64,000 nt of DNA from Actinomycetota bacterium (GTDB taxonomy: Bacteria > Actinomycetota > Actinomycetes > S36-B12 > UBA5976). Location of the stretch: NCBI GenBank assembly GCA_947452765.1, contig CANGDR010000004.1, positions 1,225 through 65,224 of the forward strand. The letters run 5' to 3'. Shown here piece by piece: positions 30,404 to 37,999 of this stretch; the first letter of the stretch is position 1; each line of letters starts with the position of its first letter. The notes beneath the pieces were generated by a model. That model was not told where the DNA came from and ran no database searches. It saw only the letters and a list, made by a program, of their open reading frames with translations. The translations under genes were made by a program, and so were the position numbers.

Positions 30404-31312
30404 GTGTCCACGCGAGATCTTGATGCTGCCGGTATCACGGAACCAGAACTCAGAGCTTCCTACGAGCTTTGTCGACAGCTAAATGCCAAACATGGCAAGA
30501 CGTATTATTTGGCCACCTTACTTTTGCCCCCGGCTAAACGGCCCTATGTACACGCACTTTATGGATTTGCTAGATATGCGGATGAAATAGTGGATGACTT
30601 AGCATCTACTTTGTCTGACGCCCAGAAAGCGCAAGCCCTAAGCGACTGGGGTCAGGCATTTCTTGATCAGTTCGAATCGGGATCTACTTCTGATCCGGTG
30701 TGCAAGGCAGTCCTTGATACCGTTCGCCGATGGAACATTCCAAAGCAACACTTTGAAGCTTTTCTGCATTCGATGACAATGGATTTAACAATTACTGAAT
30801 ATCAAACGTTTGATGATCTTTATGAATATGTTTATGGCTCGGCTGCCGTAATCGGCTTACAGATGGTACCAATCCTTGATCCTACAAATGAGTTGGCGTA
30901 TGTACATGCCACTGAATTGGGAATCGCATTCCAATTAGCCAATTTTATTCGCGATGTTGGTGAAGATTTGGACCGTGGACGCGTTTATTTGCCTTTAGCG
31001 GAGCTTGCTGACTTTGGCGTAAGTCGAAGTGATCTTGAGAAACGAATAGCTACCCCCGCGGTAAAAGCTGCACTAAAATTTCAGATCGCTCGAGTGCGAG
31101 AGCTAGAAGAAAAATCACGAGCTGGAATCGCCATGCTTGGAATATCCTCTCAGCCATGCATCGAGACTGCCCGAATTCTCTACTGCGGAATTGTGGATGC
31201 GGTCGAAAGTATTGACTATGAGGTATTCGATCGAAGGGCAAGCGTTTCGCTCCCGCGGAGGCTTCAAGTTGCTATTCCAGCGTGGTGGCGTGCCCGTAAA
31301 CTCTGGCGCTAA
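30404..31312 (+). CDS. crtB: phytoene synthase
   Basis: Squalene/phytoene synthase signatures YGFARYADEIVDD and ANFIRDVGEDLDRGRVYLP. I prefer GTG 30404 (VSTRDLDAAGITEPELRASY matches typical actinobacterial N-termini). The maximal ORF from TTG 30302 would leave only 20 nt to the divergent gene. Confidence 0.9.
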   Translation: MSTRDLDAAGITEPELRASYELCRQLNAKHGKTYYLATLLLPPAKRPYVHALYGFARYADEIVDDLASTLSDAQKAQALSDWGQAFLDQFESGSTSDPVCKAVLDTVRRWNIPKQHFEAFLHSMTMDLTITEYQTFDDLYEYVYGSAAVIGLQMVPILDPTNELAYVHATELGIAFQLANFIRDVGEDLDRGRVYLPLAELADFGVSRSDLEKRIATPAVKAALKFQIARVRELEEKSRAGIAMLGISSQPCIETARILYCGIVDAVESIDYEVFDRRASVSLPRRLQVAIPAWWRARKLWR

Positions 31313-31705
31313 TTAATCGAAAAATTTTGCAACCTTACTATGTGGCGGGCCAGATCTGGGCTCGCGCTGGATTCCTAATCCTCCGAGCCAAACCCAGGTT
31401 ACAAGTGTTAGCAACACCAAACTAAAGCCAAAAAAGAGATCTTCAACTGGAGCAAATGCAATCCGACCATCGCCCAAGAAAGCCGGTGCGCGATCAAGTG
31501 GCGTGGAACTTCCGAGAATTGCTTTGCCGTTGTAACGTACAATTCGAAATCCAGTCAAGATGCCATTAGAAACCAATTGGAAAATGATGATGATTGCGTA
31601 AGAGGTCCAGAAAACTTTACGTCGGAGCAACATCGTTCGGAAAATAACTAGATCGAAAATAATTGCAATAATTACGGCCGAAATACTTAGCTGGGTGTAG
31701 GTCAT
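31313..31705 (-). CDS. crtYd: lycopene cyclase domain protein, second subunit of the heterodimeric lycopene beta-cyclase
   Basis: 130 aa, about 3 TM helices, PxE(E/D) motif as FAPVEDLFFGF. ATGA overlap with the upstream subunit gene. Confidence 0.8.
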   Translation of the reverse strand: MTYTQLSISAVIIAIIFDLVIFRTMLLRRKVFWTSYAIIIIFQLVSNGILTGFRIVRYNGKAILGSSTPLDRAPAFLGDGRIAFAPVEDLFFGFSLVLLTLVTWVWLGGLGIQREPRSGPPHSKVAKFFD

Positions 31706-32040
31706 CCTTCAGATCCCTCGTCGCCAACAACCCATCCCTTGGCACTTCGAACTGCCTCCAAAGTGAGTATCGAACAGATTGGAATCACAATAAAAAAGAA
31801 TATTTCCTCTATCGGGATGCCGGAATATGCAATCCACCCCGTCACAAAATGCGTGTCAAAGGTCCAATGGCCCGCCGCGATTGCATAGGAATCCCACATC
31901 GAAAAAATTATCAAAACCGGCAAAATCGCAAGACTAAGGCGAATCACTCGGCGATAGACCCGAGTGCGAAGCAGAAACTCCAGCCAAGCTGTGCCCAAAA
32001 GACAAACTAATAGAACTCCGAAGTATGAGTACTGTGCCAT
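31702..32040 (-). CDS. crtYc: lycopene cyclase domain protein, first subunit of the heterodimeric lycopene beta-cyclase
   Basis: 112 aa, 3 TM helices, motif GIPIEEIFFFIVIP. Confidence 0.8.
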   Translation of the reverse strand: MAQYSYFGVLLVCLLGTAWLEFLLRTRVYRRVIRLSLAILPVLIIFSMWDSYAIAAGHWTFDTHFVTGWIAYSGIPIEEIFFFIVIPICSILTLEAVRSAKGWVVGDEGSEG

Positions 32041-32123
32041 CGAATCGCCTTTCTACCTTGGTGAACAACATACCTTGACGTGGGATAAGCCCCACATTTC
32101 AACCCACGATCTAGACTTGCCTA

Positions 32124-34016
32124 GTGACCACTACCCCACCGAGTGACCCATTCTTAGGGAAAGTATTCGATGGTAGGTACCGTGTTGATGAGTTAATAGC
32201 GCGCGGTGGCATGGCAACCGTTTACCGCGGCACCGATACTCGGCTTGGTAGAACTGTGGCACTTAAAGTCTTAGCTGGTTTGATGGCCAGTGATCCTGAT
32301 TTCGTAGAACGCTTCATTCAGGAAGCTCGAGCCACTGCTGCCCTAACTCACCCAAACGTAGTTGCCGTCCATGATCAAGGAATAGCCGAAGGTTTTCCAT
32401 ATCTAGTTATGGAATTCGTGCAAGGGAGAACCATTCGCGAAATTATGGCGCAAACCGGTCCATTTGCAAGCGCTCATGCCTTAGAAATTCTTTCATCAGT
32501 TCTTGCCGGGCTTAGCGCAGCTCACGAAGCAGGCTTTGTGCATAGAGACATAAAGCCCGAGAATATTTTGATCACGGCAAATGGACACATCAAGGTAACG
32601 GACTTTGGCTTAGCGCGAGTTATTAGCGATACTCCTGTGAGCGACTCAACTGGTGGCGTGCTACTTGGGACGATGGCATACCTATCACCCGAACAAGTTC
32701 AGCAAGCCACTGTTGATCAGCGTTCTGACGTGTACTCTTCCGGCATTTTGCTTTACGAAATGGTAACCGGAAGTGTGCCCTTCACGGGCAGATCGCCACT
32801 GGATGTGGCATATCAACACGTGAATAGCTCTGTGCCTGCGCCGAGTGCACTCCAACATGACATCCCTCCAGCTGTTGATCATTTGGTTCTGTCTGCAACT
32901 CGCAAAGCGCCAAACGAACGGTTCCAGGATGCTAGCGAGTTTCGCGAAGGGGTCCTTCGCGCAATAACTGCGGTTCCTCCTGCTGAGGCATTGACCGCAG
33001 CAATTCCGTTACAGCAAACTCAAATTATTCCGGCCCTGATGCGTGGTTCGGATATTTCAGCCGGAGCACTTCCTGTCACCAAATCTCGATTGACTGAAGC
33101 CTCTGGTGCTGACCTATCTGGAGGTTCAAAAAATCGTATTTCAAAGCGAGTAATTGCAAGTTTGCTAGCTCTTATAGTTTTGGTCGGTGGCGGAACTTGG
33201 TACAAGTTGTCAGGCGGTTACGAAATTGTCCCCGACGTTGTTGGTAAGTCCGTCGACCAAGCACGTGCGCTCCTGAGCCCAAGCAACCTCACAGCAAATG
33301 TGGTTGAGCAATTCTCGGAAGACATTCCACCTGGAATAGTCATCAGTACTGAACCAGCGTCGGGCCAGAAAGCAAGAAAAAGTAAACCAATTACGTTAGC
33401 TATTTCCAAAGGTAAAGAGAGATATATAATTCCTTCGGATTTAGTAGGACAAGACCCAAACGCAGCCAAAAAGATTCTAGAAACTTTGACGCTGGTAGCT
33501 TCTGGAACTAATCAGGTTTACGACGATAATGTTGCCGTTGGCAAGGTTGTTGGAACAGATCCTGCTGCAGGCAAGCAAGTTAAACGAGGAACCCCCGTCA
33601 CCATTTTGGTTTCCAAAGGACCAGCACCAGTGACAGTTCCAGCGCTATTTGGCATCAACATAGCGGACGCCACAACTTCTCTCGCGACGATTGGTCTGTC
33701 ACTAAAAATTACGGATCAAATTTACAATGAAAGTCCTGAAGGCTCGATCATCACGGCCGACCCCGCTCCTGGTGCCACGGTTCCAAAGGGAACCGAAATT
33801 AAAGTGACTGTAAGTAAGGGGCCACCGCTCGTAGCGGTTCCAAACGTGGTTGGAATGGATGTAGCTGCTGCGACCGCGAAACTAACCGCAGCTGGTTTTC
33901 AAGTAAAAACTGTGAATAAGTTGCCAGTTGCAATTTTGAACAAGGTTTATTCGCAAGTTCCCGGAGGTGGTGGCCAAGCACCACGTGGTTCGTTAATTAC
34001 GCTCGAAATTGTTTAA
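32124..34016 (+). CDS. Ser/Thr protein kinase with C-terminal PASTA repeats
   Basis: 630 aa. GGMATVYRG..VALKVL, HRDIKPENIL and DFGLA, then a TM segment near residue 345 and about four 65-70 aa PASTA-like repeats (VPDVVG..., IPSDLVG..., VPALFG..., VPNVVG...). Sits at the pknL position of the synteny block. Confidence 0.92.
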   Translation: MTTTPPSDPFLGKVFDGRYRVDELIARGGMATVYRGTDTRLGRTVALKVLAGLMASDPDFVERFIQEARATAALTHPNVVAVHDQGIAEGFPYLVMEFVQGRTIREIMAQTGPFASAHALEILSSVLAGLSAAHEAGFVHRDIKPENILITANGHIKVTDFGLARVISDTPVSDSTGGVLLGTMAYLSPEQVQQATVDQRSDVYSSGILLYEMVTGSVPFTGRSPLDVAYQHVNSSVPAPSALQHDIPPAVDHLVLSATRKAPNERFQDASEFREGVLRAITAVPPAEALTAAIPLQQTQIIPALMRGSDISAGALPVTKSRLTEASGADLSGGSKNRISKRVIASLLALIVLVGGGTWYKLSGGYEIVPDVVGKSVDQARALLSPSNLTANVVEQFSEDIPPGIVISTEPASGQKARKSKPITLAISKGKERYIIPSDLVGQDPNAAKKILETLTLVASGTNQVYDDNVAVGKVVGTDPAAGKQVKRGTPVTILVSKGPAPVTVPALFGINIADATTSLATIGLSLKITDQIYNESPEGSIITADPAPGATVPKGTEIKVTVSKGPPLVAVPNVVGMDVAAATAKLTAAGFQVKTVNKLPVAILNKVYSQVPGGGGQAPRGSLITLEIV

Positions 34017-34065
34017 GCAGATTTGCGTTAAATACGCTTTAATCGTTCGATCTTTTATTGTCGCG

Positions 34066-35391
34066 CTAACGCTCGGCTAGCATGTCTGCAACTTGAAAAG
34101 CAAGATCTAGACTCTGCACTCTATTCAATCGTGGATCACAAGCCGTTTCATAACGGAACGTAAGGTCATCTTCACTCACGCCACCAATGCCACCAAGACA
34201 TTCGGTAACATCATCGCCTGTCAATTCAATGTGGATTCCGCCAGGATGAGTACCCATCTTGTGGTGAACTTCGAAGAAGCCGCGCACTTCATCAATAACG
34301 TCATCCAAAATTCTGGTCTTATGCCCCGATGCAGTTTCTTGCGTATTTCCATGCATTGGATCGCACACCCAGACCACAGGATGATCAGTTTTCTGCACAA
34401 CTTCAATCAAGTTAGGCAGAATTTCACGGATTTTGCTGGCACCCATTCGAGTAATAAACATCAACCGACCCGGCGTGCAATTTGGATCAAGCTTTTCGAG
34501 CAACCCAAGAATATCTTTTTCGGTCGTGCTCGGTCCGATCTTCACGCCAATCGGATTGCTGATACGGGAAGCAAAGTCGATATGAGCTCCGCTCAGGTCG
34601 CGAGTGCGCTCTCCGATCCAAACGAAATGGCTTGAAACGTCATATAGATTTCCAGTTCGGGAATCAATGCGCGTCAACGGTTTTTCATAATCCAGCAAGA
34701 GCGCTTCATGGCTGGCATAGAAATCTACCCGACGGAATTCCTCGGGATCTGCGCCACATGCAGTCATGAAGTTGAGGGCTTTATCAATATCTTCAGCCAT
34801 CTCGGCATAACGCTTACCTGGTGCAGATGTACTGACGAAGTCCTGGTTCCAGGCATGCACTTGTCGAAGGTCTGCGTACCCACCTTGGGTAAATGCGCGA
34901 ACGAGGTTTAACGCAGCCGAACTCGCGTGGTAGGTCTGCACCAATCGCATCGGGTCAGGTACGCGCGACTCAGCAGTGAAATCTAATCCGTTTACCGCAT
35001 CTCCGCGATATGACGGCAAAGTTACGCCGTCGATCGTTTCTTCATCCGAACTTCGTGGCTTGCCATATTGGCCTGCGATTCTTCCAATCTTCACGACTGG
35101 CATTGATGCGCCGTAAGTAAGAACAATTGCCATTTGCAGCACAGTTTTTAACCGAGCGCGGATCGAATCGGCAGTATTTGCTACGAACGTTTCGGCGCAA
35201 TCGCCGCCCATCAAAACAAATGCATCGCCCGCTGCAGCTTTTGCGAGCTTTTGGGTTAAGTCATCACATTCGCCAGCAAAAACTAACGGCGGCAACGTTT
35301 CAAGGATTGCCTGCGCCCGCGCAAGTTCAGCTGAATCTGGCCATAGTGGCTGCTGAGCGGCCGAAAGATCGGGCCAGGTAATGTTCGACAC
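34066..35391 (-). CDS. aroG: class II 3-deoxy-7-phosphoheptulonate (DAHP) synthase
   Basis: 441 aa. Length and blocks (GQYGKPRSS, WIGERTR, CDPMHGNT) are typical of plant/actinobacterial type II DAHPS (Rv2178c). Confidence 0.93.
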   Translation of the reverse strand: MSNITWPDLSAAQQPLWPDSAELARAQAILETLPPLVFAGECDDLTQKLAKAAAGDAFVLMGGDCAETFVANTADSIRARLKTVLQMAIVLTYGASMPVVKIGRIAGQYGKPRSSDEETIDGVTLPSYRGDAVNGLDFTAESRVPDPMRLVQTYHASSAALNLVRAFTQGGYADLRQVHAWNQDFVSTSAPGKRYAEMAEDIDKALNFMTACGADPEEFRRVDFYASHEALLLDYEKPLTRIDSRTGNLYDVSSHFVWIGERTRDLSGAHIDFASRISNPIGVKIGPSTTEKDILGLLEKLDPNCTPGRLMFITRMGASKIREILPNLIEVVQKTDHPVVWVCDPMHGNTQETASGHKTRILDDVIDEVRGFFEVHHKMGTHPGGIHIELTGDDVTECLGGIGGVSEDDLTFRYETACDPRLNRVQSLDLAFQVADMLAER

Positions 35392-35470
35392 ACCTTTAGA
35401 TTAGTGGCGTTTCGCGACTTTACTAAATTCCCTAACCTGTGCCCAAAGGTGCGCACGATAGATTTGACCC

Positions 35471-36694
35471 ATGCCGATCAAAAAAGTCGCCTTACTTACT
35501 GCTGGTGGGCTGGCCCCTTGCCTATCTTCTGCGGTTGGTGCGCTAATCGAGCGGTATTCCGAAGTAGCGCCGGACGTTGAGATCATTGCGTACCAAGACG
35601 GATATCGCGGATTACTGTTAGGCGAATCCATCACGATTACACCTGACATTCGAAGTAAGGCGCACCGCTTACATGCCTTCGGTGGTAGCCCAATCGGCAA
35701 TAGTCGCGTCAAGTTAACGAACGTAGCTGATTGCGTTAAGCGTGGACTCGTAAAACCAGGACAAGATCCGCGGGAAGTCGCTGCCAACCAGCTGGTATTT
35801 GATGGCGTGGACGTACTGCACACAATCGGTGGAGATGACACAAATACGGCAGCTGCGGATTTGGCAAGCTACTTAGCGGAAAATAATTACGGGCTCGGGG
35901 TTGTTGGCTTACCAAAGACAATAGACAATGACGTTTACCCAATCGCGCAATCTTTAGGTGCATGGACAGCAGCTGACGAAGGTGCAAAATATTTCAGTAA
36001 CGTAGTTTCAGAACACACATCCAGCCCACGCATGTTGATCGTCCATGAAGTTATGGGAAGGCACTGTGGCTGGCTAACGGCAGCAACTGCCGTCGCCTAC
36101 CGGAAATTACTGGATGAAACTACTTGGTTTGGTGAATTTGGAATTGATCGTATTTCTCGCGAAATCCACGCAGCATATGTTCCTGAGCTAGAAATAGATC
36201 TAGAACCCGAGTCTTTGAGACTAGCTAAAGTTATGTCAGAAGTTGGAAATGTAAATATTTTTCTATCCGAAGGCGCGGGAGTCGATTCCATCGTTGGTGA
36301 AATGAAAGCTCGCGGCGAAGAAGTGCCAGTAGATCCATTCGGCCATGTCCAGATCGACAAGATAAATCCTGGTGCGTGGTTTGCAGCACAGTTCGCACCG
36401 ATGATTGGTGCTGAGAAGGTGCTTATTCAAAAGAGTGGATACTTCGCGCGGTCGGCACCAGCCAACGAGCGCGACCAAGAACTAATCCGGCAGTGTGCAA
36501 TCGTTGCGGTTGATGCGGCACTTGCTGGAGTAAGCGGATTAGTGGGGGGGGACGAGAGTCAAAATAATCTCATTCGGGCTTGCGAATTTGACCGCGTGGC
36601 TGGTGCAAAGCCATTCAACACGGAACAAGATTGGTTTAATGAATTATTAGCGGAAATTGGACAACCAAAAGGCCGCAAGAGTTTGCACGCTTAA
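35471..36694 (+). CDS. pfp: 6-phosphofructokinase with PPi-dependent-type signature (pyrophosphate--fructose-6-phosphate 1-phosphotransferase)
   Basis: 407 aa. TIGGDDTNT (Asp where ATP-PFKs have Gly), PKTIDND (Lys) and MGRHCG. Confidence 0.8.
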   Translation: MPIKKVALLTAGGLAPCLSSAVGALIERYSEVAPDVEIIAYQDGYRGLLLGESITITPDIRSKAHRLHAFGGSPIGNSRVKLTNVADCVKRGLVKPGQDPREVAANQLVFDGVDVLHTIGGDDTNTAAADLASYLAENNYGLGVVGLPKTIDNDVYPIAQSLGAWTAADEGAKYFSNVVSEHTSSPRMLIVHEVMGRHCGWLTAATAVAYRKLLDETTWFGEFGIDRISREIHAAYVPELEIDLEPESLRLAKVMSEVGNVNIFLSEGAGVDSIVGEMKARGEEVPVDPFGHVQIDKINPGAWFAAQFAPMIGAEKVLIQKSGYFARSAPANERDQELIRQCAIVAVDAALAGVSGLVGGDESQNNLIRACEFDRVAGAKPFNTEQDWFNELLAEIGQPKGRKSLHA

Positions 36695-36696
36695 AT

Positions 36697-37191
36697 ATGA
36701 CTGAACTATTGATTCAAATCCAACCTGAACAAGTTTGCGCAAGGTTAGCTAAGTCTGAAAATAATGCAATTGTTCCGTTGCAAGTAACCAAGTATGAAGA
36801 TTTTTTTGAGGTCGATCCTCAGGCCATTTGGAACGCTGTTACCAAGTGCATCAAGATCTTACTGACCGGAGCCAAAATTCCTGCCGACCGGATTTCAGCG
36901 GTCGAAATATCATGTGAACTAGACATCACGGTGCTCTGGGATAACGAAACTTTAGGCGCTGTCTGTGCAGCTCGAGGAGACTCAAGTACCCCGACACATC
37001 GATTGGCTTGGTTGATAGAGCACAATCCCGCAGTTGTGGGAACTATGGCTGCCGGCAGGCTAAATTCAGGCTCAGCTGTGGATTATTTAATTTCTCGAAT
37101 GACTCGCGGTTTATTTTCTGATGACTCTGGCATTGGCATGACAACCGAGCCATCGGGTTTCCTCGGTATCAGTGCGCAAATTATTGCTTAG
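36697..37191 (+). CDS. truncated, catalytically degenerate FGGY-kinase (glycerol-kinase-like) N-domain protein
   Basis: 164 aa; ATG lies 2 nt after the pfp stop. It is colinear with the glycerol kinase N-domain: EVDPQAIW vs [30 protein letters not shown] vs [34 protein letters not shown] vs TVDTWLIWKMTQG. The phosphate-1 motif DQGTTS reads IQPEQVC. Confidence 0.5.
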   Translation: [164 protein letters not shown]

Positions 37192-37903
37192 AGCGAGAAG
37201 CGTACTTATCAACATATTCTTGACCCGATAGATCCATGATTTTGTACATAATTTCATCAGTCAAAGATCGAAGTACGAAGCGATCGTCCTCCATCCCGTA
37301 GTACCGGGAAAAATCTAGTGGGGCACCGATCCGAATACCTACCTCAACCCCAAAGTTAGGTCTAGACCTTCCAATGGGCTGCACCATCTCGGTGTTCATC
37401 ATCGCAACTGGCAAAACTGGTACCCGTGCTTCAAGCGCCATTCGAGCCACGCCAGTTTTGCCTCGATAAAGTCGCGCATCAGGCGACCTGGTGCCCTCTG
37501 GATAAATCCCGAGCAAGTGCCCATCTTCAAGCAATCGCACTCCAGTTGAAATTGCGGCAGTACCGGCATTTCCCCCAGTTCGATCAACCGGAACTTGCCC
37601 CGAGCCGCGAAAAAATGCGGCCGTTGCTTTTCCGCGAATTCCTGGTGCTTCAAAATATTCACTTTTTGCCATAAAGGTAATTTTTCTAGGCACAGCAATT
37701 GGCAGAAAAATTGAATCTGAGAAAGATAGGTGATTACTAGCCAAGATTGCTGGTCCTTCCGCTGGAATGTGCTCTAACCCTTCAACCCAGGGATGGAAAG
37801 CTAATTCAATTGCGGGACCAATTGCGATGTTCTTAAGAAACTTATAGAACTTATCGCTGTCAGACACATCACTTACGGTAGTCACCCGACCCCTGTTCGG
37901 CAA
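37181..37903 (-). CDS. plsC: 1-acyl-sn-glycerol-3-phosphate acyltransferase
   Basis: 240 aa. HxxxxD motif NHLSFSDS and YPEGTRS. Syntenic with Rv2182c. Confidence 0.88.
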   Translation of the reverse strand: MPNRGRVTTVSDVSDSDKFYKFLKNIAIGPAIELAFHPWVEGLEHIPAEGPAILASNHLSFSDSIFLPIAVPRKITFMAKSEYFEAPGIRGKATAAFFRGSGQVPVDRTGGNAGTAAISTGVRLLEDGHLLGIYPEGTRSPDARLYRGKTGVARMALEARVPVLPVAMMNTEMVQPIGRSRPNFGVEVGIRIGAPLDFSRYYGMEDDRFVLRSLTDEIMYKIMDLSGQEYVDKYASRSKQ

Positions 37904-37999
37904 TATTCAAAACACCAAATTGGCTAAATTCCTTGAATTAAAGCCCGTTATCGCCATCTCTCGGCTAATCTCGCTTAGAGGCCGAAAGGAGGGTGTGCA

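Noticed and set aside
35401-35841. 146-aa minus-strand ORF covering the aroG-pfp spacer and the pfp 5' end
   Set aside because: It overlaps the well-supported pfp N-terminus (MPIKKVALLTAGGLAPCLSS). It has Ser/Pro-rich shadow composition and no SD.
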